DNA from: the human T2T-CHM13v2.0 reference genome, Homo sapiens
Assembly (NCBI RefSeq): GCF_009914755.1
Contig: NC_060932.1
Direction: 5' to 3' (one strand)
DNA length: 64,000 bases
The stretch's first letter is position 1, and each line of letters starts with the position of its first letter. Under the pieces are notes generated by a model that ran no database searches, was not told the origin of the DNA, and was given only the letters and a program-made list of their open reading frames with translations. Positions 14,605 to 28,810 of this stretch are shown piece by piece. A program made the position numbers and the translations under genes.

Positions 14605-17049
14605 ACGTTGACCCTCAAAAGAGAAACGTGAAAATGTTTTAACCAGAAGTTTTGTGATTTAATTTCGTGACTCTACATTCTGTATTTTCTCACTTAACAA
14701 CTCTGTTACTATTAATAACATATACATTGAAATGAGAAATTTAGGTAGTTACAATTCTGATAAAAAGATGCTTTAATCAGTAAGCATATTATTTTAAATG
14801 ATATTTCTTTATAAACTGTAAATATACTAAATGAATTCCATGATCTGAAATATATGTGACTATATTAACCAGTTTGGATATGATAGTAAATTATGCATGT
14901 TTATGTTAAATTATTCTCAGATAATTATGGACATCTGATTATTATAGATATTATCCTCTTTAATGATATGTTTCAAAATGGAAAACATTACAGAAGTTAT
15001 GAAAATGCTATACATTACCTTGCTGCCTTTATTTCTTCAACCATCCATAAAATTGTCTATAAAAATAATTTCAACATCAGGATTAAATTTTACTTTAGCT
15101 TATACATGCATCATAATGATACAATAAAATATATTTCTTAGAGATAAGCTAAATTAAGCAAAATGTACAATTGGTCACAGTTATATAATGCCAATAAGTA
15201 GTTTAAAGATTTGAGAATTTTATATATTCTGAAGAAGGAATCAAGTGTCCCCAAAATCATTTTTGACAATATGGGGCAGAAAGTAATCTACCTTTTATGT
15301 CACTGAATGAGTAAATGAATGAGATTTGGTGGTGATAGGAAAGTCACTAATTTCCTCTATGAAATACTTAATGAAATGATACAAGAATTAGCCTTGTCTA
15401 ACCTTGTTTAAGATCTGACCTCATATTCTAAAATCACGGTTTATAATAATTTTCATTCGGCCTTTTTATTGTTCCGTCCGCATTATTCACAAATGCCCAT
15501 ACATAGCAAAAACATAACATTTTTCCTGAGGGAAATTTCAAAAGCAATTAAATCAGGATTACCATAAGATTCTATCAACAGCATGAGAGATGCAATAAGC
15601 TTTTGATAACAGTTATGTATCCAAAATGCTGTGGATTCTCAAGAAATTAGTTAACAGCCCTAAATGGGGAGAAAGAGGCAGTATGTGAGGGAGAAAGAGC
15701 ACAGCATTTCTGGCAGTTTGCTGAAGGTATGACTTAGGCAAAGCACTTAACTTTTCTGTGGAAAGCAAAACAAAGCAAAGTGAAGGCAAAGTACTCCACT
15801 TTCCTAATCTGTAAATGAGATGGTGCTCCCTAATGAAGGAACATTTCATCTAAGCAATCCATCTCTCTGTGCTCCATTATGTGGCTGTTTCTAATGGCTG
15901 GAGTCTTATAGAAAGTGGGCTGCAACTCACACCAAATTGCTAGAAGTGGCTGTGTATGCATTGGCTTCTAATATCAAATATATGTATATATATTTACTGT
16001 TGGTGTACATAGCTTCCACAAGTTGAATGGCATCATGTGCCTAGATCATTAGAGAGAGACAGTGTCAACCTTTTGAAGTTCTCCAGCAATTATTCTACAG
16101 TGTTGGACTCTCAGTGTTTATGTTTCCTCTACTCTGACATCTCCACTGCTCCAGCCAAAGGCCATTTCCTGTCTGTCAGCAGTGGAAATTGAAAACAGCT
16201 GCTCCCCAATCCTTTGGATAATAGGTTCTGTGTGCACATTGTGCTATCAGGTCTTTAAGACCACCTTCAATACCTGAAGAGGTCAGAGAGCAGAAGAACT
16301 TTAAAGTTGGAAGGGGCCTTAATAATCATCAAATCCAAATTCACAAAGTCAGGAGCCCCATCTGTGGCCCCTTCCCTTGGGCTATCCTTTGCCTCTGCAC
16401 AGGGAATTTACCACCCCCAAGGCAGTACATTTTTTGTTCCAATCACTCTAATTGTTAGCAACCTCATTCTTATATTTAACTGGAATCTAGCTGTAGTTTC
16501 TATATGACCTTAAATTCTGTTATCTACAATCAAACAGAATGAACAGTTTGTTCACCTCTATGAAGAGAATTGTCCTATTCTTCCAAATATTTCATTCTAG
16601 TTTAAACATTATCATTTCTTCATGTGAGTGAAATGGTTTACAAAGATCTTACAGTTCTTTTTATTAATTTCTACACACTCTCCATTGTGTGAATTCTCCT
16701 CTCTTAAAAAATGATTCAAATAACAGGACACCGTATACAGTTACATAAAAATAAACAGAATGGTCAAGAAAATAAGCAGGACACAAAAGAACACAGTATA
16801 TTTACATCTATATAAATTCAAAATGGAGTTGTTTGGGAATGCATCTATAGATGATACAACTATAAAACAAAATGAGTTAATGATTATTAGAAAAGTCACG
16901 ATGGTGTTGACCTCTTGGGGAAAAATGGAAGTGTGACTAGAGAAGGGCATGGGGCTGGGCTCAGGGACGTTTTGAAGTGTCAGCCGTGGTCTTCAGCTTA
17001 GAGGGGATGAAATAGAACGGTACCAGAAAAACAAAGTAGTATTTTAACT

Positions 17050-19400
17050 CTTTCAGCTGATTCTTTTGTATATGGCTTTCTGTTCTAAACAAGTTTACAT
17101 TGCTTCTTTCTATGTTTTAAGCATTATCTATAGACTTTCCACTACAAAAGGTGAAGATTTATCTCTCTTTCACTAGCACATCCTCACCCACACTGCATAC
17201 AGGCGTATTCCTTTCCTTACAATCTCCCAATGTAGTTATATTACAATTTTGGTTATAAATATTTAGTGTTTACATGTCATGATAATGAATGCAATAATTA
17301 CAGCTGAGTCCTGTAGTGTCCATCCCCTGAAAAGCTTTTTGTTTTCCTTGGAGTTGATATTAATTTTGTTTATTTGTTTGGTTTTCAAAATTCTTTTCTT
17401 CCTCAGTTGTATAAACCTCCTGTCAATTCATCCAATTCACGTTATGTTTATTTGGTTAACAGTTTCCTTAAGAAATCCTTCCCAGATCTCCTGACTGTCT
17501 CTCATCAGACCTGGCTGTTCACTCTGTACTTCTGTTCTCATCCTGTGAATGCCTTTCATTTCTCTCTTTGGTTGACTTTCCGTATTCTAGATACCATGAT
17601 CTCCTCCTTCTTCCTTTACTCCCATATTTTGTTGGAACACATTCCTCTGTAGCTTCCTGTAAATGGCTGCATGGAAGATAATTTATTTGAGATTTTGAAT
17701 GTCCAAAAATGTCTTTATTCTGCCTTCTCACTTAATTGATGGTTTTCTCAGGTATAGAATTCTAATATTAGGAACCATTTTTCCTCGGAATTGTGAAGGC
17801 ATTGCTCCATTGTCTGCCAATTTCCATTGCTATTGAGAAGTCTGGTATCTAGCAGATTCTTGAACTTTCATATATAGTCTTATAATTTTCTCTCTGAAAA
17901 AAAAAATGCTGTGATCTTCTCTTTGTTGCCAGTACTATAAAGTTTCACAATTATGCATCTTGCTGTGCAACTGTTTTCATACACTGTGTCTGGATACTCT
18001 CTGAACCTTTTCAGTCTGAATCCTGGAGTCCGTCAGTTCTGGCACATTTCTTTAATAATTCTCTCACTTCTATTTTCATACTTCTTTCTTCTTAAGTCCC
18101 ATATAATTCTGATTTTAAACTTATTGAATCTTTTAATTTTTTTTTTTTTTTTTTGAGACAAAGTCTCACTCTATTGATCTCGGCTCACTGCAACCTCCGT
18201 CTCCTGGGTTCAAGCAAGTCTCCTGCCTCAGCCTCCTGAGTAGCTGGGGCTACAGGTGCCCACCAACATGCCCGGCTAATTTTTGTATTTTTAGTAGAGA
18301 CGGGGTTTTGCCATACATGGCCAGGCTGGTCTCAAACTCCTGACCTCAAGTGATCTGCCCTTCTCGGCCTCCCAAAATGCTGGGATTAGAAGCATGAGCC
18401 ACAGTGTTGGGCCTAATTTTCTTATTTTTTATCTCAATTTTCTATACTTGGTCTTTTGCTCTGCATTCTGAGAGCTTTTTTCAGCTTTATCTCCCATTCT
18501 ATGGAGGTTTCCATTTCTGTGCTTATGCTTTTAATTTTTAAAAGCACATATGTTGATCGCTCAAGAATGCTTTTTTGTGGCACCCCATTCTTGTCTCCTC
18601 AATAATATAGTTTCCCTTAACTCTCTGATAATAGTTTTTATTTTCATTTTTAAGTTATCTTTTTTCTCTATTTCCTCCAAATTACTTTTCCTCTCCCCCC
18701 GTCCCACATCCACTTGTTTTGGTCTCTGTTTTTCATATTCCATGATTCCTGGTTGGGCACCAAAAAGCTGTTCAACCAGAAGTTTTTGGAAGCTCTACAA
18801 AACAGAACAAAGTTTGTCAATTATGAGCTTCACTTTTGGGTGATCTGGCTGAGCCAGTTAATTAGAGAAATGCTAATGATAACACCTTTAGATCTTTTCT
18901 CCAGGGATGATTTAGCTTAACAGAGAATTATCTAATCTCTTCCTAGAGTGAAGAAACCAGCATCCTATGTGTAGGGAAGAAGTCTGGAGGTGGTGGTAAG
19001 GGGTCTCAGTATTCCATAAGTGCACACTGTCACATAATTCCCTGTTTCAACAGAGAGCACCAGCTCTAGGTTCCACCAGGTGTCCTCTTGTTCAGCCAGA
19101 GAGCCACTCTTTTACCGCCCCCAGAGACTAACATCCAGTCTTCTACCCAACCAGGAAGGGAATCTGGGAGTTACCAGCTTCTTAAAAATGCTTTCATGAA
19201 GTTTTCTAGGTTCTGCTTTCTCCTTCAGTCACTTTACAGGTGTACCTGGTGCTGTCAGTCCTTACTCTGAGGAGTTTGGCCAGTAATCAGATGCTTCTCA
19301 GCTTTTCCCAGTGCCAGCGGGATTCAGCTTTCGTGGGTGTGCTAAATCAGTAACCACCTGCTTTCCAGCTTTACAGATATCTCTTCCATTTTCTTTTCCT
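17050..19400 (-). mobile_element. Very old L1 (L1ME/L1M-like) antisense fragments
   Basis: T-rich L1-like text (aaaatgtctttattctgccttctcacttaattgat, tattgagaagtctg); boundaries approximate. Confidence 0.55.
18138..18413 (-). mobile_element. AluS-type element with ~25 nt internal deletion in the right arm
   Basis: ctcactctattgatctcggctcac lacks the usual gcccaggctggagtgcagtgg segment. Confidence 0.9.
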
Positions 19401-19406
19401 TTGTGG

Positions 19407-19407
<1 letters not shown>

Positions 19408-19444
<37 letters not shown>
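19408..19444. repeat. (CA)n microsatellite, ~18 units
   Basis: Directly visible. Confidence 0.98.
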
Positions 19445-19446
<2 letters not shown>

Positions 19447-19835
19447 TCTTTTAATAATTCAATTTATTATGGATTTGACAAAAAACACAGGTAAACACAT
19501 GTGTCTAATTTGCCATCTTAATTGGAAACTACCCATACACTCTATCACATGAACTTCTCTCAAGGCAAATTTTTCAATATTTAATGTATTCCAAAGGATT
19601 TCTTGAAAAAATATAGACAGTATCATTTTTAATTTTAATATTGAGCTTTTTACCCATTATTCACCCTTTTAAGGTAATTTGGAAGCTCAGTAATGTGGTA
19701 GGAATGACAATAATAATAAAAAGCACTAATTTAGGTATATCACACACTATACACAGATCAAAAAGTAATAGCTGCCCCTCACAGCTTCGTGTTATCTGCA
19801 CATCTGATAAACATGTTCTTTGTCTTTATTTACAT

Positions 19836-20056
19836 CATGGGTTGGCAAGCCACAGTTGATGGGCCTAACTGGACTGCTGCCTGTTGTAGCAGATAGTTTT
19901 CTTGGAGCACAGCCATGCTCATTTGTCTACATATTGCCTGTGGCTGGTTTTGCACCACAATGGCAGAGTGGAGTCGTTTTGCAAGGACCATATGACCTGC
20001 AAAATCTAAAATGTTTATTCCTTGGCCCTTTGCAGAAAAAGCATGTCAATCTCTGC
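19836..20056 (+). mobile_element. MER58A-like hAT-Charlie MITE
   Basis: cacagccatgctcattt...ttgcaccacaatggcagagt...aaatgtttattccttggccctttgcagaaaaa. Confidence 0.8.
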
Positions 20057-20599
20057 TGTAAGTTATTGATAAAAATAAAGATGACAAGGCTAGATCTAAA
20101 CCCAGTGGTGAGGCAGCAAACCTCTGTGAAGGCTGACACTGACTCATTAAACAGTATAATTAGACATTTAGCAATAAGTCTATTTAACTCCATGAGTTTT
20201 TAGGTTACACTAAAGTACACAAGCTAAAAACAAAAACTAATGCAGATTTAAAATTGAAAGAGTTGTTTTATAAGAAATCCCCTGTCACTTGGTGCTCAAG
20301 TGGTGATAACATTCAAACACAAAGAATCACTGTAAAAGATATTCACGTGCGAGATTTCTGAATCCTGTACATAGATTCTAAGGGATTTTGAGAATTTTCA
20401 GAAGGGGTTCTAAGGAAAACTAGTCCTATTAAAGGACAAAAAGAATGCTATAACAAGTTTATGAAATATCATTTACTACATTTTCTCTCTTGGAGATTTA
20501 CAAAATATTAGCACATAAAAGATTTTGAGAATTCCTGCAAAAGAAAAATCTGAATAACTTTGTTTATGCAAACATTACCCTTTACCCATTCAAAATCCC

Positions 20600-20830
20600 T
20601 TCTATTTCTCAGAGTTTGTGATTCCATCTTATCTGCACTTATGTGGTAGGAAATACTGTCAAATCCTTTGCTGACATTGTTGGTACTAACCAAAATGATT
20701 AATGGTGTTTTTCATGGTTTTCAGAAACTCCAATAACTTTGTGGTTCTTTGTGTGTGATGGCAGAGTTTTACCTGGAAGCAAGTCCAAAGGAAGCTGACA
20801 GTTAACAAAGACAGAGGCAGCGCACCAAGA
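20600..20830 (-). mobile_element. L3/CR1 LINE reverse-transcriptase relic
   Basis: Minus-strand peptides NVSKGFDSISYHISADKM and NCQLPLDLLPGKTL resemble CR1 RT motifs DFSKAFDxVSHxIL and NYRPVSLTSxPGK. Confidence 0.6.
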
Positions 20831-21190
20831 CAAACGATGTATATCATTTGTTTCCTCCCTGTCCCTTATTCTGAGCCCAACAGAAATAAATGAGAAGACA
20901 AAAATGATAGTCATTCAGCTGGGGACAAATGGGATCACCTTGCCTGCTGGAAGCAACCGAAATGCTCTGCACTTAGCACTCAGTGAGCAGAGAGCAGGGC
21001 AGCCCCTCAGCAGGGTTACAGTTTAGTTTGTCCACCCAATTTTGGACAGTATTAACAACCGCCTTTATTCTATAATTTGGTATATAAATCTATAAAGGGA
21101 CATTGATATATGACAGTTTTCTGTCATCTCTTCGGCCATGAAGTTCTGCATTCTGCACCCTTCTTCCTACCTGCCACAGGTGATTCTAGC

Positions 21191-21606
21191 TTTCACTCAC
21201 ATCCGTGTGAAGAGACCACCAAACAGGCTTTGTGTGAGCAACAAGGCTGTTTATTTCACCTGGTTGCAGGCAGGCTGAGTCCGAAAAGAGAGTCAGCGAA
21301 GGGAGATAGGGGTGGGGCCGTTTTATAAGATTTGGGTAGGTAAAGGAAAATTACAGTCGAAGGGGGGCATTGTTCTCTGGCTGGCAGGGGTGGGGGTCAC
21401 AAAGTGCTCAGTAGGGGAACTTTTGAGCCAGGATGAGCCAGGAGAAGGAATTTCACAAGATAATGTCATCAGTTAAGGCAGGAACAGGCCATTTTCACTT
21501 CTTTTGTGGTGGAATGTCATCAGTTAAGGCAGGAACCAGCCATCTGGATGTGTATGTGCAGGTCACAGGGGATATGATGGCTTAGCTTGGGCTCAGAGGC
21601 CTGACA
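21191..21606 (-). mobile_element. Solo HERV-H LTR (LTR7 family)
   Basis: Minus strand starts TGTCAGGCCTCTGAGCCCAAGCTAAGCCATCATATCCCCTGTGACC and ends GTGAAA; 5-bp TSD ctagc at 21186-21190 and 21607-21611. Confidence 0.95.
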
Positions 21607-21766
21607 CTAGCCATTAATAAAAGTAACTTATTTGAGCACTATCTCATGCCTCAGCTCATTTAGTATTGATAAAATAATAAACTTTACACTTCTGTTCACT
21701 ATACACTAAGTATACACTCAGTAAGGGCTGTGTCTACATTTTTACTAAGTAGAAGCATCTACCCTT

Positions 21767-21803
21767 TTTGTGTGAAAAGAAAAGCTATTTCTTTTCACAC
21801 AAA
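21767..21803. repeat. Perfect 16-bp inverted repeat with 5-nt spacer
   Basis: tttgtgtgaaaagaaa-agcta-tttcttttcacacaaa. Confidence 0.95.
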
Positions 21804-22679
21804 TCATGAAAAGGGAAGTGTCTAAATGAATAAGGATTTTCTCTATTTTCATGAACCTATCTATAATCATTTATTTCCTAATACATTATTATTTCATTCC
21901 AGAATCAATCTATGTTGTCATTCCCATTTTGCAGATAAATAAACCAAAGCTTAGAATGATTCAATAACTTGCCAAAGGTCTCAGAAAAGAACCAGAATTT
22001 AAACTTAAATCTCATGGACAACATCCATGCTCTTTCTAACAAACCTTGCTGCCTTTCCAAATACTCTTTGTTTTTCTTATTCTCTAATTATACCGGTCTA
22101 GTAAGTCTATTTTTAAAAATCCACAAAAAAGAGAAAGGAGGTTTGCTTACCATGATTTCTTCTTTGTAAACCAACATGGTCCTAACATCTCTTACCCTTT
22201 GCTTATAAGTCACCAAAAAAATGTTATGTTCAAAGATTTTACCAGGTAGCAGCATCATACTAATTACTTTGCGGTTTCTAGCTGATAACATTTTTCTCTA
22301 TTTATTCTGTGTGGTGAAAATAAGATGATCAAAGTAGGAGTTCACAAATCACACAGTTTATTGCCATACAAAGAGAATTTTTTCTTAGGTTCACAATGCT
22401 AAAGAGGGGAAGAAGACATAAACAAACCACATAGGGAATATACTTGACAAATGAGGTGCATTATCCACATAGTGAGTGCGTTCCACAATTATTAAACTCT
22501 AGTTGCTCAATTAGGATTGAAAAGGGCCTCTGTGGAAAGGAAAGTCTTATTAAAGATGAGGTGCACTTTTATAGGGGCAATTCTTGGGAGAAACTGGCTT
22601 GACCATCACAGCGGAGATTTCTGAAGACACTTAAGATTCCCCAAAGCAGTGCTGGTAGGTGAGGCTTTGGAGTTACTAT

Positions 22680-24085
22680 TAAAGCTGTACCAATCAAGAC
22701 AGTGTGCTATTAGCATAAGAATAGACATTTAGAGTTGTAGAAAAAATATAGACTTCAGCATTAGGTCTACACTTCTATGGACAATGTATTTTCAACATAT
22801 ACCAAGGTAATTCAATAGGAAAATGATACTCTTTTCACTTAGTGGTGCTGTAACAACTGTATCTCCATATACAAAAATAAAATAAAAAATGAATCTTGAC
22901 CCATACCTCATACCAAATATAAAGACTAACTTGAAATTGATCATAGATGTAAACAAACTATTAAACCTCCAGTAGAAAAGCATGGGAAAATATATTCATA
23001 AAGTTGGGGTAGAAAAAGATTTTTTGATAGAACATAAAAAATATAAATCATAAAATAAAAAGCTGATAAATTGGGCTTAATCAAAATAAAAATTTCTGCT
23101 TTTTCAAACGTACTGTTAAGAAAATGAAAAAGCAAGCAGTAGTCCAGCAGAATGTAGCCACAATACGTAAATCTCACAAAAAAAAACCTGTATCCAGAAT
23201 ATATAAAGAACTCTTATAATTTAGTAATACAGAAACAGAGAATCTCAAAAAAAAGTGAAAAGTTTGAATGGGTTCATTACAAAAGAAGATATACTGATGT
23301 GCCAATAAGCACTTGAAAAAAGTGCTCAACGTCATTACTCATCAGGGAAATGTAAATTAAAGCTGCAGTGGGATATCACTATACATCTACTAGAATAGCT
23401 AAAATTAAAAAGATTGACAATACTGAGTGTTGACAAAGATGTGGAGTCATGAGGACTGTTATACCTTGCTGTTAGGACAATCAAAAGGTACGAACACTTT
23501 TTGGAAAACAGCTTGGCAGTTCTTTACAAAATTTGACATACACTCACCCTATGGCCCAGCAATTCAACTCCTAGGTATCCCCACTTCTTCACAAAAAATA
23601 TATGTTCCAACAAAAATTTGAACTTGAATATTCAGCAGCTTATTCTTAATGGCCAAAAACAGACAAATGGATAAACAAATTATGGTATATTCATATGATG
23701 GAATGCTACACAACAATGAAAACAAATGAATTATTGATGCTTGCAAAAATGTGATGCAAGCTAAAATAATTATGGTGAGCAAAATAAGTCAGACACAAAA
23801 GGGTGTATGCTATATAATTCCATTTTGTGAAATTCTAGAAAAAGTGAAAACAATTTATAATAATGGGCAGCAGATCAGTGCAGTGCACACCTGAGGTTTG
23901 TGGTATTGGTGGGGATTGACAGAATATGGGCAAAAGTGAAACTTTGGGGGCAATGAAATATTCTAGACCTTAATAATGGTGGAGGTTACATGGTTGTATA
24001 TACTTGTCAGAACACATCAAAATGCACACTCAAAGTGGGATATTTTATTGTGTCTAAATTCTATCTCAACAAAGTTGATTTCTTA
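22680..24085 (+). mobile_element. Old L1 (L1MB/MD/ME-type) ORF2 3' end plus 3' UTR
   Basis: aatcaagacagtgtg, gacccatacctcataccaaatataaa, ggcccagcaattcaactcctaggtat; tail tatctcaacaaagttgatt. Confidence 0.85.
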
Positions 24086-24327
24086 AGAGTATACATAGAG
24101 AAATAGAAACATGAACCCAGAAGTACATAAATAAGGGTTGTTATGCCTAGATGATAGAACAATGAATAATTTTTTACTGTCTTTATTTTGCTCTTCTGTG
24201 TAATTTCATTTTTCCAAAATAATTATATGTAATGTTAGTAAAATAATTCCGAAGTAATTATATATAGTGTTAGTAAAAAAAAATTAAAATAAAAGTGACA
24301 TTTCTTCGTTAAGAAAAAGTCATGTCA

Positions 24328-24634
<307 letters not shown>

Positions 24635-24642
24635 TCATGTCA

Positions 24643-24951
<309 letters not shown>

Positions 24952-25131
24952 TCATTTTCATAATTTTCCCGTTTTCTCATGGGTTCAAGGACAGGCTTAT
25001 TTACCTCTTAATCACCTACCAAACCCAGTACCCCCAATAGTATTTGGTGAATTGAATAGAAATGTTACATTTGCTCTGGTTATTATTCCCACGTAGACAG
25101 CCTAAACTGCTTTCCCTTAATAATAATTTAG

Positions 25132-28053
25132 GTCTCAATTTCATTCAGTTCTGCTCTGATTTTAGTTATTTTTTTTCTTCTGCTAGCTTTCAGGTGAGTT
25201 TGTTCTTGTTTTTCTAGTTCCTCTAGCTATGATATTAGATCATTAATTTGAGATCTTTCTAACTTTTTGAGGTAGACATTTAATGCTCTAAACTTTGCTC
25301 TTAACACTGCTTTTGGGGCATCCCAGAGACTTCGGTATGTTGTGTCTCTGGATTTATTTCAAATAATTTTTTATTTCTCCCTTAATTTCATTGTTTATCC
25401 AAAAGACATTTAGAAGCAAGTTAATTTCCATGTAACTGTGTGGTTTTGAGAAATCTTCTGGTATTGACATCTACTTTTATTCCACGTGGTCTGCAATTAT
25501 GGGTGGTATGATTTTGATTTTTATGAATGTATTGGGACTCCTTATGGCTGAGCATGTGGTTGATCTTGGAGCATGTTTTATGTGCAGTTGAGAAGAATGT
25601 GTATTCTGTGGTTGATGGGTAGAGTATTCTGCAGATGTCTATTAGGTCCAATTGGTCAAGAATTGAATTTATGTCCAGAATTTCTTTGATAGTTTTCTGC
25701 CTCTATGATCTGTATAATGCTGTCAGTGGGGTATTGAAGTCCTCTACTATTATTGTGTGGCTGTCTAGTCTTTTTTAGGCCTGAAAGTAGTTGTTTTATG
25801 AATCTGAGTGCTCCAATGTTGGGTGTGTATGTATTTAGAATAGTTTAGTCTTCTTGTTGAATTGAGCCCTTTGTCATTATGTAATGCCCTTCTTTGTCCT
25901 TTTTTACTATTGTTGGCTTAAAGTCTGTTTTATGTGATGTAAGAATAGTGACCCCTACTCTTTTTAGCTCCATTTGCATGATAGATCTTTCTCCAACCCT
26001 TTACTTCGAGCCTATGGGTGTAAAATGCGTCTCTTGAGGATAACAAACGGATCTGTGCCTTTTGTTGGCATTTAGACCATTTACAGTCCAGGTTAACATT
26101 GATATGGGAGGTTTTGATTCCATGGTGAAGCTGTTGGCTGCTTGCTTTGTAGTTCCTATTGTGTGATTGCTTTATAGGCTCCAGGGGCTATGTACTTATG
26201 TGCATTTTTATGGTAACAGGTATCATTCTTTTGATTCCATGTTTTGAATTCCCTTAAGCATCTCTTGTAAGGCTGGTCTGGTTGTAATAAAGTCTCTTAG
26301 TGATTTCTTGTCAGGAAAATATTTTATTTATCTACTTATGAAGCTTAGTTTGGCATGATATAAAATTCTTGGTTGAAATTTATTTTCTTTTAGATTGCTG
26401 AAAATAGGCGCCCAAGGTCTCCTGGCTTGTACGGTTTCTGCTGAAAAGTACTCTGTTAGCCTCCTAGAGTTCCCTTTGAACATAATCTGACCTTTTTTTC
26501 TAGCTACCTTTAAGGGTTTTTTTGTTTTTTTGTTTGTGTGTGTGTGTGTATGTGTGTGTTGACCTTGGACAGTCTGGTGACTACATACCTTGGTGATGTT
26601 CATTTGTATAGTATCTCATGGGTGTTTTCTGGTTTCTTGTATCTGGATGTCTACCTCTAGCAAGATTCGGGAAATTTTCTTGAATTATTCCCACAAATAT
26701 GTTTCCAGGTTGTTTACATTTTCTCTTTCTCTCCAAGAATGCCAATAATTCATAGGTTTGATTGCTTTACATAATCCCATATTTCTCAAGACTTTATTTT
26801 AAAAAATTATTATTATTATTATTATTATTATTATTTGTTGTTGTTGTTGGACTGGGTTAGTTTGAAGGTCTGGTGTTCCATCTCTGAAACACTTTCTTTT
26901 GCTTATTCTAGTCTACTGATAAAGCTTTCAATTGTATTCTGAAATTCCTTAAGTGAGTTTTTCAATTCCAGAAGCCCTGACTGATTTCTTCCTTCACTTC
27001 CTGAATTGCTTTAGAAGTTTCTTTGTGTTGATTTCAACCTTGTCTTGGAGCTTGTTGAGCTTCCTTGCAATCCGTGCTTTGAATTCTTTATCTGTCACTT
27101 CTGAGTTTCCATTTTGTTTAGAGACCATTGCTGGAGAACTAGTGTGATCCTTCAATGGTGTCACTACATTCATATTTTTTATGGTGCCAGAATTCTTGTG
27201 CTGGTTCTTTTTTATCTGGAGATGCTGGCAGTTCGAGTTTTTGTAATTATTTTTCTACTGGTAGGATTTTTTCTCCTTATTTCTTTCCTTATTATATTAT
27301 TGGGATTTTTTCTTTCCCTTTCCTTTTCCCCACCTCCCTAGGGGGTGGAACTGTAAAGAATGTTGGGTAGGGTCTTTTGGCTTTGCTTCTCTAGCCCTAT
27401 GCACTTCTTTTGGCATGTTTCATACTGGGATGTGTGATTTGGCCTACAGGCTAGTAGATGACACTTACGGGTAGGAGCTGGCTGTGGCCAATGTCGCTGG
27501 GTGTATACTTGATCCTTGTTTACTGGGAGAAGCTTTCTGTTGCCTTGGGCACTGGGCTGATCCAAGGAATGCACAGCAGTCTGAGCTCCCTGCTCAGCTC
27601 CAGAGGGAGAGGGAGGGAAGATGAGTGGGGAGGCCCACCTACAGGTCCCCCAATGGCAGGTACAAGGATGAGTATGGAAGAAGAATCCAGTGGGAAGCCA
27701 CCTAGCACCCAGAAGTATACCTAAGCCTGGAAATGGAAAACCTCCATGGCCCCAAAGAGGCAGGGGTGGAGGTGGGGCCTAAACTCCTAATCCAGGAGAG
27801 TGAATGTTCCAGATGCCTGAAGATCTGCCTGGCCATGGGGAGGAAAAGGCCCTGATGTATCACAGTGTCTGAACAAGAAAGGTGGGGTGGCTCAGGCTGC
27901 TGAACCAGGCAAGTGGGTGTTCCAAATGCCTGGGGATCTGCCTGGGCATGGAGCAGAGAGGGCCCCCCTCCACCAGGATCTCTGCACAGCAAGACTGAGG
28001 CAGCTCAGGCTGCTGAACCAGGCAAGCAGATGCTCCAAATGCCCAGAGATCTG
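25132..28053 (-). mobile_element. L1PB/old-L1PA 5' part (5' UTR, ORF1, ORF2 endonuclease), antisense
   Basis: Minus ORFs MDLIDICRILYPSTTEYTFFS (ORF2 EN) and KENKFQPRILYHAKLSFIS (ORF1); ~113-bp 5' UTR repeats at 27807, 27920 and 28032. Confidence 0.9.
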
Positions 28054-28170
28054 TTTAGGTGATGGGATCATTCATACTCCAAACCTCAGCATCACACAAT
28101 ATACCCATGTAACAAACCTGCACACATGCCCCCTGAATCTAAAATACAAATTGAAAATATAAAAATAAAA
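28054..28170 (+). mobile_element. L1PB/PA15-16-type extreme 3' tail
   Basis: ggtgatgggatcattcatactccaaacctcagcatcacacaatatacccatgtaacaaacctgcac plus A-rich tail. Confidence 0.85.
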
Positions 28171-28258
28171 GAATTTAGAACCTTCTCAATCCATGCTCTT
28201 ACTCTGGGCCTCCCCTGTTTTCCTCCACAGTCACCAAGCTTCATAGTTCTGCCAGATG

Positions 28259-28734
28259 TGTTCATAGAAAACTAGAGCTGGACCGTCATTAAACCAGTAA
28301 AAAAGGATTTTATTCAGGGACTGTCATTACAAGGGAAAAGAGGCTTCTGTAAAGAACAGGGCTCAATTCTGAATACAACAAGGAAAAGTGCAATTTACAG
28401 CCGAGGAGCAGGGTGGGGGTCAGTAAACAGAAAATTACTAAGAAGGGCCGGGCACAAAGGCTCATGCCTGTAATCCCAACACTTTGGGAGGCCGAAAGTG
28501 GGTGGATCAACTGAGGTCAGGAGTTTAAGACCGGCCTGGACAACATGGTAAAACCTCGTCTCCACTAAAAATACAAAAAATTAGCTGGGCATGGTGGCAC
28601 ATGCCTGTAATCCCAGCGACTCGGGAGTCTTAGGCAGGAAAAATCACTTGAACCCAGGAGGCAGAGGCTACAGTGAGCCAAGATCATGCCATTGCACTCT
28701 AGCTTGGGCAACAAGAGTGAAACTCCGTCTAAAA

Positions 28735-28810
<76 letters not shown>

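Noticed and set aside
27800-28053. ~113-bp spaced direct repeats, superficially array-like
   Set aside because: Degenerate tandem units inside an L1 5' UTR; no unique spacers, not CRISPR
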